Assembly (NCBI GenBank): GCA_017993505.1
Contig: JAGOMP010000001.1
Span: 53,059-117,058, forward strand
DNA: 64,000 nt
DNA from: Planctomycetota bacterium
Lineage (GTDB): Bacteria > Planctomycetota > Uabimicrobiia > Uabimicrobiales > JABWCH01
Reading direction: 5' to 3'
Below are positions 18,878-29,169 of this stretch, in pieces (position 1 is the first letter of the stretch; each line of letters opens with the position of its first letter). Under the pieces are notes generated by a model. The model was given only the letters and a program-made list of their open reading frames with translations, was not told the origin of the DNA and searched no databases. A program made the position numbers and the translations under genes.

Positions 18878-19504
18878 ATGGAATTTTCAATTATTTTTAA
18901 GATTATAATCGGCGTAGCTTTAATTAATAACTACGTTCTTTCTAGATTTTTAGGATTATGTGCTTTTATCGGTGTATCAAGAAAAACTGATGCAGCATTT
19001 GGTATGGGGATGGCAGTTGTCTTTGTGATGACACTTACATCAGCTGTAACTTGGGTGATCTATGTATATCTTTTGAAAGATGGCAATATTTTTGGTGTGC
19101 CTGATCTTTCTCCTGTAATGAAAACATCATGTTATATTTTAGTGATTGCTTCCTTGGTGCAATTTTTGGAAATGTTTTTAAGGAAAATAGTACCAGCACT
19201 ATATCGATCTTTAGGTATTTATCTTCCTTTAATTACAGTAAATTGTGCAATTTTAGGAGTTGCTTTGCTCAATACAACAGATGCACCAGCAGCTACTAAA
19301 ATTACTCAAACAAATTTTTTTGCTGCTGTTTTACAAGGTTTTTCAGGTGGATTCGGGTTTTTACTTGTACTATTGTTAATGTCTGGTATTCGAGAACGCT
19401 TAGATATGTTTCCTATTCCTAAAAGTTTGGAAGGAGTCCCTATTGCTTTTATTTGTGCTGGTCTGATGGCTTTTGCTTTCCAAGGTTTCCTTGGATTAAT
19501 TTAA
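18878..19504 (+). CDS. rnfA: Rnf electron-transport complex subunit A
   Basis: LINNYVLSRFLGLCAFIGVS, LGIYLPLITVNCAILGVALLN; 208 aa. Confidence 0.85.
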   Translation: MEFSIIFKIIIGVALINNYVLSRFLGLCAFIGVSRKTDAAFGMGMAVVFVMTLTSAVTWVIYVYLLKDGNIFGVPDLSPVMKTSCYILVIASLVQFLEMFLRKIVPALYRSLGIYLPLITVNCAILGVALLNTTDAPAATKITQTNFFAAVLQGFSGGFGFLLVLLLMSGIRERLDMFPIPKSLEGVPIAFICAGLMAFAFQGFLGLI

Positions 19505-19520
19505 TAATTAGGATGCAATC

Positions 19521-20345
19521 ATGACAAATTTTACTATTTTTATTTGCGTAGTTTCTTTAATAATTTTAGGAGCATTTTTTGGTTTAATTCTTGGTTGGGC
19601 CTCAAAATTTTTTGAAATAAAACAAAAAGTAAATCCTAAAATTGCTGAAATTGATGAAATATTGCCACAGCTTCAATGCGGAACATGCGGACAAGCAGGT
19701 TGTTTTGGTTTTGCCGAAGCTGTTGTAAGGGGAGACGCTTCTCCCGATGATTGTCGTCCTGGTGGTGATAATGTCGCTCGAAAAATTGGAATTATTCTTG
19801 GTATCGAAGTAGAAAGTTCCATATCTAGGGTAGCTACTGTATTATGCACACGAAATAATAATGTTCAAAAAATAAAAAATTACCAAGGCATTCAAGATTG
19901 TCGTGCTGCTCGAACGCTAGGCACGAATATTTATGCATGCTCCTCAGCTTGTCTAGGACTAGGAACTTGTGTTTCTGTTTGTCCTTGTAATGGCATTTTT
20001 CTTAATGAAAATCAAATGCCTGTCGTGAGAGAAGACGTTTGTACTGGCTGTGGGAAATGTGTTTCTGAATGTCCAGTCCAAGTTCTTCGCCTCACTCCAA
20101 AATATAATAATGTGCATGTTTTATGTGTTTCGAATGATCTTGGAAAAAATAAAATCAAAGCTCATCGTTCAGGAGCATGTATTGCTTGTGGAAAATGTGT
20201 ACAAGCATGTCCTAATCAAGCAATTTCAATTGAAAATAATGTTGCTTCTATAGATTATTATAAATGTACAAATTGCGAAGAATGTATTGCAGTTTGTCCT
20301 ACAAAAGCAATTTCAAACATTCGTCCTATTACAGAAAAGGTTTAA
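19521..20345 (+). CDS. rnfB: Rnf complex subunit B (polyferredoxin)
   Basis: N-terminal TM, CGTCGQAGC, and several CxxCxxCxxxCP 4Fe-4S motifs. Confidence 0.85.
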   Translation: MTNFTIFICVVSLIILGAFFGLILGWASKFFEIKQKVNPKIAEIDEILPQLQCGTCGQAGCFGFAEAVVRGDASPDDCRPGGDNVARKIGIILGIEVESSISRVATVLCTRNNNVQKIKNYQGIQDCRAARTLGTNIYACSSACLGLGTCVSVCPCNGIFLNENQMPVVREDVCTGCGKCVSECPVQVLRLTPKYNNVHVLCVSNDLGKNKIKAHRSGACIACGKCVQACPNQAISIENNVASIDYYKCTNCEECIAVCPTKAISNIRPITEKV

Positions 20346-20347
20346 CA

Positions 20348-21520
20348 ATGAGACTCAAAAACATATATATTTGTTTTTTATTGTTTGTGCTGATGTCAAC
20401 ATCATCTATTTTTGCTCAAACAAAATATCATTCTCGCCGCTGGCGTTTGAAATTTGAATGCTCTAATCCTGATTCTTGTAATGTTGTTTTCCCAGATGGA
20501 ACACAAAAAAAATATTGGTATGTAATGTATAAAGTTCGAAATGAAATGGATCGTGATATTCCTTGGTTTATTAATATTCGTTTCATTATTGATAAGACAA
20601 AAAAAGGAATTCCAGAATCTAAAGTTCCAGAATTATTTTATAAAGGCATTATTCCTGAAAATGTAGATAAAGCAAAATATATAGATTCCCTCCGTTCTTA
20701 TTCTGATATTGACCTCCCTTTAGTAAGACGTCAAATTTTAAAAAATTTAAAAATTACACCTAAATTACATCCTATTCAAGAAAAATTATTGGATGTTTTA
20801 ACAGAACACGGACCATCAACCATTGATAAATTAATACAAAAAACAAAACTTTCTTACCAAGAAATCGAAGAACACATTACCAAATTAGTTATTAATAATT
20901 TAGCTATTTCTCAAGAAACTTTTGGTAGTTGTTCTTTTATGTATGGCAAAGGAGATGTAGGTTACTTCTTAGTTCATAATCAAGAACGTCCTGTTAAAAT
21001 TGGTGAAAAATTGAATGATTGGGAACTTGTTTCTGTTACTAACAATCGTGCTCTGGTAAGACAAGGTAAAAATGAAAAAGTATTGTCTCAAGGTATGGGG
21101 CTTGCCTATATTTATTCTGCAACTGGTAAATTTATTTTTCCAGGAAATTTTCAACAAAACAGTGGGATGTCCACAAAAGGAATTTTCAAAGGACGCCACC
21201 GAAAAGGTGATAGAAAATATAATTTTGAAAAACGCATCATTGCCAAAAATAGTACAGTAGAAGGATTAGCTATTTTTAGTGATGTGTCTCCTGAAATGGA
21301 TTATTGTGCTGTAGTAGTATCGGGATTAGTTGATCCTATTGTACGCCGAAATAAAAAATTATATGCAGAACGAGAACTTTTTATCAGTGCTTATGAACAG
21401 CCTGGCGATGCATTTCATAGCAATCTTGTTCCCATTAAACCATTATATAAAAAATGGGTGATTGTCAGCACAAAAGAAATTAATGTCCCCAAAATACAAA
21501 AAATGGAAAACGATGAATAA
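20348..21520 (+). CDS. secreted hypothetical protein
   Basis: The ORF-track start overlaps rnfB. The internal Met gives MRLKNIYICFLLFVLMSTSSIFAQ (signal peptide) 2 nt after the rnfB stop. Confidence 0.6.
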   Translation: MRLKNIYICFLLFVLMSTSSIFAQTKYHSRRWRLKFECSNPDSCNVVFPDGTQKKYWYVMYKVRNEMDRDIPWFINIRFIIDKTKKGIPESKVPELFYKGIIPENVDKAKYIDSLRSYSDIDLPLVRRQILKNLKITPKLHPIQEKLLDVLTEHGPSTIDKLIQKTKLSYQEIEEHITKLVINNLAISQETFGSCSFMYGKGDVGYFLVHNQERPVKIGEKLNDWELVSVTNNRALVRQGKNEKVLSQGMGLAYIYSATGKFIFPGNFQQNSGMSTKGIFKGRHRKGDRKYNFEKRIIAKNSTVEGLAIFSDVSPEMDYCAVVVSGLVDPIVRRNKKLYAERELFISAYEQPGDAFHSNLVPIKPLYKKWVIVSTKEINVPKIQKMENDE

Positions 21521-21523
21521 ATT

Positions 21524-21550
21524 AAACGCCCTATTTAAAAAAGGGCGTTT
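21524..21550 (+). terminator. hairpin terminator after the 20348..21520 gene
   Basis: aaacgccct-atttaaaaa-agggcgttt, 9-bp GC-containing stem. Confidence 0.5.
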
Positions 21551-21621
21551 CCCATATTTCCTTAATTTTAATTTTATATACTTTTCAGGTTTCCTTATTA
21601 TATTTTTGTAGGTGGTAAGCT

Positions 21622-23625
21622 ATGCCCACAAGTTCAAATATGGGATTTGAAAATATCTCTTTTAGTTCTGACTCACAATATAGAGTAGTTCAAGAACTAG
21701 CAAGAGGAGGTATGGGAATTATTTTTCTTGCTGAAAAATATACTAGTGGAATTGCTGACTCTGTAGTTTTAAAAACATTACGCTCGATTAATGATGAAGA
21801 AGAACAGAAATTTAAAGAAGAAGCAGAAATTGCAACGTTTTTACGACATGAAAATATAGTAAAAACATATGGAATGGAACAAGTCGTCTATTCGGAACTT
21901 CCGGTTTATTTCCAAAATTTAATCTGTGAAAATACTAACGATTTTCCTTTGAATATCCAATCACATTCTTTGGATAACAAAAAAAAAGAGAACGAAAATA
22001 AATCTTTACTCATATTAGTTATGGATTATGTCAAAGGCACTGATCTATTCGCATTATTTACAGAGCATGTAAGTAAAAATTTATTAATTCCGATTCCTTT
22101 AATTGCATTTATTATTTCTAGAATTGCTACAGCTTTAGCGTATGCTCATACATATATTGTTCATCGTGATATTTCTCCAGAAAATATTTTAATTAGTGAA
22201 CAGGGAGTTTGTAAATTAACAGATTTTGGAATTTCTGTAGTTGCCAACAAACAGCCAAATTATTGGGCTGGAAAGTTATCTTATATGTCTCCTGAGCAAC
22301 TTAAAAACAAAAAAATTGATGAGCGTGCAGATATTTATTCATTAGGTGTCGTTGCATTTCAAATGTTAACTGGTATTCCCCTTTTGTTTGCTTCTTCTAA
22401 ATTATCTTTTGAAGAACAAGTATCCATCATTGAAAAACAAATGGATAGTAGCGTTGTATTACCTCATTTAATCAGAAATGACATTCCTGTTATATTATCT
22501 CGCATTGTAGCTAAAATGCTTTCTCCGATACCAGAATATCGTTACCAAAGAGCTTCAGCAGTAGCTAATGATTTAGAAAAAGAATATTTATATGCTCATG
22601 GTTTTGGTCCTTCCAATAGCAGTTTATCTGCTTATATCGATCTTTTCCAATCTAATTTTCTAGAATATTCTGAAGAAGATATTGACCAACTTTCTTTTTT
22701 AAAAGATGATCGAAGCATTCTTCAATTACGACGCCCATTAAAGTTAGAAGATTTTTCTAAAATTGGTGAAAGAATGTTAGAGGAACGTAAAGAATGCGTA
22801 TATCTTTCGCAACTTCAAAAATTTCATCGCGTACCATTCATCTCTATTGAACCTACAAGAAAAGCCTTATTAAAAATAAAATACATAAATAATGTCATAG
22901 AAGTTTTTGAACTGAGTAATAAAACAGTAAGGATTGGTCGAGGATTAAAAAATAATATTATATTACAAGAAAAAACTATATCTAAAAATCATGCTGTTGT
23001 TTATCCTGCACAAATGGGTTATTATGTGGAAGATATGAATAGCAAATACGGAACATATTTAAATGGATATAAAATTCATAAATTTTTACTCAAAGAAGGA
23101 GATAAAATTCAAATTGGATCGTATTTAATATATTTTCTTTGGGAACAAAAAAAGACACAAAACCCACCTAATTTTTTATTAGAAAATTTTTCTTGTACAA
23201 AATATACGATTCTAGAAAATTTTACAGTAGAATTTTACCCCAAGGAGAAAAATTTAGAAAAAATCAGTAGTATTACAGATATATTTCTAGAAAACACACC
23301 CTTAGGTAATATGAAAAAATCTATTATAGGACAGGCAATTAATGAATCCTTGAGTTTCTTTTATAGCAATTGCGAAGAAGATACAAGAATAACATTTTTG
23401 TATTTCAAAAGTTCAAAATATATGTACGTTAAATTTCAAATTCCTGAAGTTGACTCAAGATATGAACGATTTCTCTATTTTATCCAAAATCGCAATATAG
23501 AAATTGAACAAAAGAATTTCACTCTTAATGTAGATCAATTAGCTATTTCACTTATTTTAAAGGTTTTTGATAGAATTGAAATATTTCATACTACAAAAGA
23601 AATTGAATTGAGAATTTTTTTCTAG
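21622..23625 (+). CDS. Ser/Thr protein kinase with C-terminal FHA domain
   Basis: GGMGIIFLAEK, VHRDISPENILI, DFGIS and SPEQ kinase motifs; FHA-like RIGRG...NHAVV...YYVEDMNSKYGTYLNG near residue 440-500. Confidence 0.8.
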   Translation: MPTSSNMGFENISFSSDSQYRVVQELARGGMGIIFLAEKYTSGIADSVVLKTLRSINDEEEQKFKEEAEIATFLRHENIVKTYGMEQVVYSELPVYFQNLICENTNDFPLNIQSHSLDNKKKENENKSLLILVMDYVKGTDLFALFTEHVSKNLLIPIPLIAFIISRIATALAYAHTYIVHRDISPENILISEQGVCKLTDFGISVVANKQPNYWAGKLSYMSPEQLKNKKIDERADIYSLGVVAFQMLTGIPLLFASSKLSFEEQVSIIEKQMDSSVVLPHLIRNDIPVILSRIVAKMLSPIPEYRYQRASAVANDLEKEYLYAHGFGPSNSSLSAYIDLFQSNFLEYSEEDIDQLSFLKDDRSILQLRRPLKLEDFSKIGERMLEERKECVYLSQLQKFHRVPFISIEPTRKALLKIKYINNVIEVFELSNKTVRIGRGLKNNIILQEKTISKNHAVVYPAQMGYYVEDMNSKYGTYLNGYKIHKFLLKEGDKIQIGSYLIYFLWEQKKTQNPPNFLLENFSCTKYTILENFTVEFYPKEKNLEKISSITDIFLENTPLGNMKKSIIGQAINESLSFFYSNCEEDTRITFLYFKSSKYMYVKFQIPEVDSRYERFLYFIQNRNIEIEQKNFTLNVDQLAISLILKVFDRIEIFHTTKEIELRIFF

Positions 23626-23666
23626 TTGAAATATTTTGATTTTCATATTTTAGGTAGCTATATATT

Positions 23667-24401
23667 ATGAAATTGCATTTTTTACAAAAATTAGTTCCTC
23701 CTCTCATAGAAACTTGGATGCATCTCATTGGAAAGACAATGAAACTGCAATTCGATGGTGTGGAAGCATATCCTACTAGAGACATGTTAGAAAAATATAA
23801 TAATGCCAAAACTCTTTTTGCAATATATCACAGTAGATTAGTGTATTTAATTTATTTTGGTCGCAATTGGAACGTTACTGCTATGATTAGCAAAAGCAGA
23901 GATGGCGATATGATTGCAGATACTGCAAGCCGATTACGATTATATGCCATGCGTGGTTCTAGTTCTAAAAATGGAAAACTTGCTATGAATCAAGTTGTTG
24001 ATGTATTGAACAACAATTATAAAGTTGCCATTACCATAGATGGTCCAAGAGGTCCTGTAGGCCAAGTCAAGCCTGGCGTTATTCGTATTGCACAACTTTC
24101 AGGTGCCCCTATTATCCCAGTAGGTTTTAGTTGTACAAAAGGAATGTTCTTTCCATCTTGGGATCGTTTTTTAGTACCGTATCCTAATAGCAAAGGAAAT
24201 TTTCGTTGCGGTGAACCGTTATTTATTCCACCCAATATAAGCGAGGAAGAATTCGAATCTTATAGACTTCAATTAGAGAATACATTAAAAGAACTTAATA
24301 AAAAATCTGATGAAATATGCCAACGAAATCCAGAAAAAGAAGTTTGTAATTTTTTTAAAAAGAAAAAAAAACAAAAAAAAATAATTTGTGCTATTTACTA
24401 A
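23667..24401 (+). CDS. DUF374-family lysophospholipid-acyltransferase-like protein (lipid A/Kdo-associated)
   Basis: Overall similarity to the DUF374 family (AIYHSRLV..., ITIDGPRGP) as I recall it; 244 aa. Confidence 0.5.
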   Translation: MKLHFLQKLVPPLIETWMHLIGKTMKLQFDGVEAYPTRDMLEKYNNAKTLFAIYHSRLVYLIYFGRNWNVTAMISKSRDGDMIADTASRLRLYAMRGSSSKNGKLAMNQVVDVLNNNYKVAITIDGPRGPVGQVKPGVIRIAQLSGAPIIPVGFSCTKGMFFPSWDRFLVPYPNSKGNFRCGEPLFIPPNISEEEFESYRLQLENTLKELNKKSDEICQRNPEKEVCNFFKKKKKQKKIICAIY

Positions 24402-24447
24402 CATCAATTCAAAAGAAGGAGGGGGCATATTTATAGCCTAAAAACTC

Positions 24448-26256
24448 ATGAAATATATTCATTTCATTTATATCCTTTTCTTTCTATGTATTTTTACAAA
24501 TACAATGATACATAGTCAGGAAACGATGACAGATGCTGTTTTAAAATCATGGAAAACTATTCCAAAACATTCCGGATTACATGACTCGATAGCAGTAGAT
24601 ACAGCTAATATTTGGCTGGCTGTACTCAATTCAAATAATACTGTAGATATATATCTTCAAAACACAGGAGAAATTTGGAAACAAATTTCTATTCCAGCAT
24701 CTTCTACATTACAAATGTCTTGTGTTTGTTTTTCTCTAGATGGCAAATATATTTTAACTGGAACTTACACTGGAGAAATTTTAGTTTGGTCTTTACCAGA
24801 ATTACAACTTTTCAAAAAATTGGAAGGTCATACAAAAGTCATTCAATCCCTCCAATTCAGTCTTTCTGGTAAAATAATGGCAAGTGCTGGAGCAGATGCT
24901 AATATCATACTATGGACACTGCCAGATTTTACATTATTTCGCAAATTAGTTGGACATCATGACGAAGTAAAATATATTGAATTTTCAAAAAATGGGAAAC
25001 TCCTTTATAGTATTAGCAATGATAATACTATAAAATTTTGGCAAATAAACGAAAATGAAATATTTAATCGTCCTGTGTTAAAAGAAAAAGTCACAGAAAA
25101 ACCAACAGATATCCTTTATAAAGAAGCACGCCTAGCAAGAGTACAAGGTCAATTACAAAATGCTATGGCATTGTGTAAAGAAGTTTTACAAAGAGATCCT
25201 CTACATGCCGATACATTATATTTAATGGCAACTATTTATTATATGCAAAGTGAATCTGAGCCAAATAAAGATGAACAATATAAATTAGTCACTCTTACAT
25301 TAGAACATTTAAATAAATCATTTGAAAATGGTTTTACAGAATGGGCTAAATTTCAATTAGACCCAACATTCATAAAATTGCAAAAAGATATTCGCTTCCA
25401 AGATATTTTATCTCGGTACAAAGATAAATTTCCAGAAAAAGAGACAGAAGCTGTGGTACATGTACCACAAGAATTGGCATACTCTGAAGATTCTATCATT
25501 GCTCAACAAGAGAGTACAGGAGCTTCTAAGCCCATTTCATTTATCATTCAAGAAGAAAATGGTCTCTTAGAGGCAACAGCTATTGAAATTATGGTCAATG
25601 GGAAAGTGATTGAAATTAACGATAAATTTTTCCCTGGTTACAATTATGATATGATTATCAAATTCAAAGATTATGCTACAGTAAAGAAGAAAGTATACTT
25701 ACAAAATACAGGTGCAGAAACATTTACAATCCAAGCAAAATTTGATAAATTAAAAATATGCGAGTTTTTCACAAGAGATAAAGAAACCAATCTAGATGGT
25801 CTTATATATCCTTATAAATTTTATGTTGATGATATAGAAATTGAGGATCATTTAATTGAATATTATAAAAAAGGAGTGTTTTACTATTACACAATTCGAG
25901 TACCTTTAGACGCTAGTAAGTTTCGCGTATTGTCAGGTTATCTATATGAAGATCGCTATTTAGGTGAATTAAAAGACGGAATCACACGCTTAGAACGTCT
26001 AAGTGTTCCTTTACTCATGAAACATTTAGAACTATTAGCAAAAACAAGCAACTCAGGGTATAGAGTTTCTATTGTTGCCCTAGAAAAACTTGTAAAAAGT
26101 CGATATTGGAGCAACAAATTAAAATATGCACCTACTCAAGAAATTGGTGATTTTCTCATGCAACTAGAAACTTGGAATGTTATAAACGAACAAGATATTG
26201 AACGAGTTCGAATGATCGTTGATGCCATTGAAAGTCTAGTGGGTGGGTATTACTAA
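24448..26256 (+). CDS. secreted WD40-repeat plus TPR-like protein
   Basis: Signal peptide; WD40 units (LTGTYTGEILVWSL, ASAGADANIILWTL, SISNDNTIKFWQI) followed by TPR-like helices. Confidence 0.65.
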   Translation: MKYIHFIYILFFLCIFTNTMIHSQETMTDAVLKSWKTIPKHSGLHDSIAVDTANIWLAVLNSNNTVDIYLQNTGEIWKQISIPASSTLQMSCVCFSLDGKYILTGTYTGEILVWSLPELQLFKKLEGHTKVIQSLQFSLSGKIMASAGADANIILWTLPDFTLFRKLVGHHDEVKYIEFSKNGKLLYSISNDNTIKFWQINENEIFNRPVLKEKVTEKPTDILYKEARLARVQGQLQNAMALCKEVLQRDPLHADTLYLMATIYYMQSESEPNKDEQYKLVTLTLEHLNKSFENGFTEWAKFQLDPTFIKLQKDIRFQDILSRYKDKFPEKETEAVVHVPQELAYSEDSIIAQQESTGASKPISFIIQEENGLLEATAIEIMVNGKVIEINDKFFPGYNYDMIIKFKDYATVKKKVYLQNTGAETFTIQAKFDKLKICEFFTRDKETNLDGLIYPYKFYVDDIEIEDHLIEYYKKGVFYYYTIRVPLDASKFRVLSGYLYEDRYLGELKDGITRLERLSVPLLMKHLELLAKTSNSGYRVSIVALEKLVKSRYWSNKLKYAPTQEIGDFLMQLETWNVINEQDIERVRMIVDAIESLVGGYY

Positions 26257-26322
26257 AACTCCTATAAAAACAAAGTCCTGTTAATCAAAAATAAAATTTA
26301 GTTAATCGAAAGGTTTTTAGGA

Positions 26323-26853
26323 ATGGCTCAAAAATGCACATTATGCAAAAAAACAGTGAATAAAGTTTATTTAGAGATTTGCTATAATTGTGAAAAAAAA
26401 ATGTGCCGTGATTGTTTAAAAACTTGTGTAGTTTGCAATAATACATTTTGCAAAAATTGTATCGATTATTGTGAAGTATGCAAAGAACCTGTTTGTCCTG
26501 ATTGTGAAATTGTAATAGAAGACGATACTTGCTCTATCACTTTATGTGAAGAATGTCACGAAGACTCTAAAGACCAAGACTTCAATAAATCAAAACCATC
26601 TTCCCAAAAAACAAAAAACCATCAAGAAGATGAAGATGACGATCTTCATTACAACAGGAATGATGACGACGATAATAATGATGAAGATGACAATAATATA
26701 GATTACAATAACGAAGAAGATGTCGAAGAAGATGAAGATGACGATTATGATGATGACTACGACAACGATGACGATTATGATGATCAGTATAATCATCATT
26801 ATGACGATGACGACTATGATAATTATGGATATGGTCACCGAGATGATGATTGA
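26323..26853 (+). CDS. Cys-rich (8x CxxC, zinc-ribbon-like) protein with a poly-acidic D/N/E/Y-rich C-terminal tail
   Basis: CTLC, CYNC, CRDC, CVVC, CKNC, CEVC, CPDC, CEEC, then about 90 residues of D/N/E/Y low complexity. Confidence 0.55.
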   Translation: MAQKCTLCKKTVNKVYLEICYNCEKKMCRDCLKTCVVCNNTFCKNCIDYCEVCKEPVCPDCEIVIEDDTCSITLCEECHEDSKDQDFNKSKPSSQKTKNHQEDEDDDLHYNRNDDDDNNDEDDNNIDYNNEEDVEEDEDDDYDDDYDNDDDYDDQYNHHYDDDDYDNYGYGHRDDD

Positions 26854-26949
26854 ATCATACAGTCCAGTTTTGTCTTTATCTTTGCCATACTTGTTTTTTT
26901 AAATACAAATTGTACATCCTTACAACAAAAAAATCAAAGGCTTTCGACT

Positions 26950-27339
26950 ATGTCTGAAAGCCTTTTACACCTAATTAATCAATGGCGTCAAAGTCAAAAT
27001 AAACCTATTTTATATTCGAACTCTCAGTTACAACGTCTTGCACTTCGTTATAGCAAAGATATGTATGAACGAAATTTTTTTTCACACATAGATCCCGATC
27101 AACGAAGTGTACAAGAACGCCTTTGGTGTGCAGGAATGGATCCTCCAATATGGGGAGAAAATTTAGCAAAAACATATGACTTCCAAGATAATCCACAATA
27201 TATTTTAGACGCTTGGTTGAATAGCCTTTCTCATCGAACAGTACTAGAAAAAGAAGAATATATATTCACAGGAATTGGCTGTTATACAACTCACCAAGGA
27301 ATATGTTATATTACCATGATTCTCACTGGAAAATTTTAA
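26950..27339 (+). CDS. CAP/SCP (PR-1-like) domain protein
   Basis: FFSHID...GENLAK...WLNSLSHRTVLEKEEYIFTGIGCY are typical CAP-domain motifs. Confidence 0.65.
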   Translation: MSESLLHLINQWRQSQNKPILYSNSQLQRLALRYSKDMYERNFFSHIDPDQRSVQERLWCAGMDPPIWGENLAKTYDFQDNPQYILDAWLNSLSHRTVLEKEEYIFTGIGCYTTHQGICYITMILTGKF

Positions 27340-27349
27340 GGGAAAAAAC

Positions 27350-28531
27350 ATGAATCTTGCCGATATCACTCGTTATATAGCAGAAGAAAATCTAGATGGT
27401 TGGCTATTTTATAATTTTCAAAATAGGGACTCTTGTGCGAATGAAATTCTAGAAATGCCACCAGAACGACTTTTAACAAGAAGATGGTTCTATTTAATTC
27501 CCACACAAGGAGAACCTATCAAATTGGTTCATAAAATCGAAAGTGCTGCTTTAGATCATCTACCAGGAATAAAAAAAACGTATGCAGGTTGGAAAGAACT
27601 TCAAAAAAATTTAGAAGAAACTTTACAAGGTAAAAAAAATATCTGCATGCAATACTCGCCCAATAATTCCATTCCTTACGTTTCTTATGTAGATGCCGGG
27701 ACTGTGGAATGTATTCGAAATTTAGGTGTGCAAGTCCATTCTTCTGCAAATCTGCTTCAGAGATTCAATGCACTTTGGGATGAAAATGCATTGCAATCTC
27801 ATTTAGAAGTAGCAGATCTTCTCCGAGAAATCGTACTTCATGCCTTCCGTCTTGTAGGCGAACATATTCAAGAAAATAAACAAATTACTGAACATGATGT
27901 ACAACAATTCATTTTACAACAATTTGAAAATAACAATCTTTTTACAGATCACTTGCCCATTGTTGCAGCCAATCAACATAGTGGCGATCCACATTATGAA
28001 ACCTTAGCTCAAGGTTCTACAATTTTAAAACCCAATGACTTTCTTTTAATTGATTTATGGGCAAAACAAAAAACAAAAAATGCAGTGTATGCAGACATCA
28101 CTTGGGTTGCTTCTATTTCTCAAGAAATTCAACCAATTCACCAAAAAATTTTCAATATTGTAAAAGAAGCACGAGATGCTGCAGTAGAATTTGTACAAAC
28201 ATCATTTGCCCAACAAACAGCAATTCAAGGCTATCAAGTAGATGACATTTGTCGCAATTACATTACAGACAAAGGATATGGAGACTATTTTATTCACCGT
28301 ACAGGACACAATATCGAACGAGAACTTCATGGACGAGGAGTTCACATGGATAACTATGAAACAAGAGATGAACGATATATTTTAAATAACATGGGATTTT
28401 CCATCGAACCTGGAATTTATCTTCCAGAATTTGGAGTTCGCTTGGAACTCAATATGTACACAAAAGACAATCAAGCTTATGTTTCTGGGATGCCCGTACA
28501 AGATCAAATAATTGCAATTATGAAAAAATAA
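27350..28531 (+). CDS. M24-family metallopeptidase (Xaa-Pro aminopeptidase/creatinase-like)
   Basis: HRTGHNIERELHG and SIEPGIY pita-bread metal-ligand motifs. Confidence 0.7.
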   Translation: MNLADITRYIAEENLDGWLFYNFQNRDSCANEILEMPPERLLTRRWFYLIPTQGEPIKLVHKIESAALDHLPGIKKTYAGWKELQKNLEETLQGKKNICMQYSPNNSIPYVSYVDAGTVECIRNLGVQVHSSANLLQRFNALWDENALQSHLEVADLLREIVLHAFRLVGEHIQENKQITEHDVQQFILQQFENNNLFTDHLPIVAANQHSGDPHYETLAQGSTILKPNDFLLIDLWAKQKTKNAVYADITWVASISQEIQPIHQKIFNIVKEARDAAVEFVQTSFAQQTAIQGYQVDDICRNYITDKGYGDYFIHRTGHNIERELHGRGVHMDNYETRDERYILNNMGFSIEPGIYLPEFGVRLELNMYTKDNQAYVSGMPVQDQIIAIMKK

Positions 28532-28593
28532 AAAAAATTGCAAACACTTTGAATTTTTTCACGTAAAAAGTAATATGATATAAAGTTAATCTT

Positions 28594-29169
28594 ATGAAAA
28601 ACTTGAACGACGATGATTTAATTCGATTTTCTCAATTGGGCGACATGAATGCTTTTCAAACTTTAGTAGAAAAATACCAAAATCGTGCCATTTGGATTGC
28701 AGAAAAAATTTTAGGCAACTATGAGGAGGCACGAGATATTTCTCAAGAAGCTTTTATTCGTGTTTATCGTGCTCTCGATACTTATAAATTAGGTAGCAAT
28801 TTCTATAAATGGCTATATAGAATAATTAGCAATTTATGTATTGATTTTTTACGGAAACAAAAAAGACAAAAAAAAACGATCAATGTCGAAGAAACCGACG
28901 AATTGCAGGCTTCTGATATCTCAGTCCAAGAATATTTTGAAAAAAAAGAACTAGAAGAAGAACTTCAAATGGTTTTACAAAAAATTCCCGATACATATAG
29001 AATGATTCTTGTGCTTCGTGATTTAGAAGGTTTTTCTTGTAAAGAAATTGAAGAAATTCTAGATTGTAATTACAATACAGTTCGATGGCGGCTTTTTCGA
29101 GCAAGACAAATTTTTAAAGATTTATGGGAAAAAAAACAGATGAAAAAAAATTCTAACTTGAATGAATAA
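28594..29169 (+). CDS. ECF-family RNA polymerase sigma factor
   Basis: Region 2 (FQTLVEKYQNRAIWIAEKILGNYEEARDISQEAFIRVYRAL) and region 4 (LVLRDLEGFSCKEIEEIL). Confidence 0.8.
   Translation: MKNLNDDDLIRFSQLGDMNAFQTLVEKYQNRAIWIAEKILGNYEEARDISQEAFIRVYRALDTYKLGSNFYKWLYRIISNLCIDFLRKQKRQKKTINVEETDELQASDISVQEYFEKKELEEELQMVLQKIPDTYRMILVLRDLEGFSCKEIEEILDCNYNTVRWRLFRARQIFKDLWEKKQMKKNSNLNE

Noticed and set aside
20264-20346. Upstream start for the 20264..21520 ORF
   Set aside because: It would overlap the last 80 nt of rnfB. The internal Met at 20348 gives a canonical signal peptide immediately after the rnfB stop.
26590-26902. Antisense and alternate-frame ORFs (26590..26838 minus, 26720..26902 plus) rich in I/V/M/T
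   Set aside because: They lie within the D/N-codon low-complexity tail of the 26323 gene. They are frame artefacts of GAT/GAC/AAT repeats with no independent start signals.
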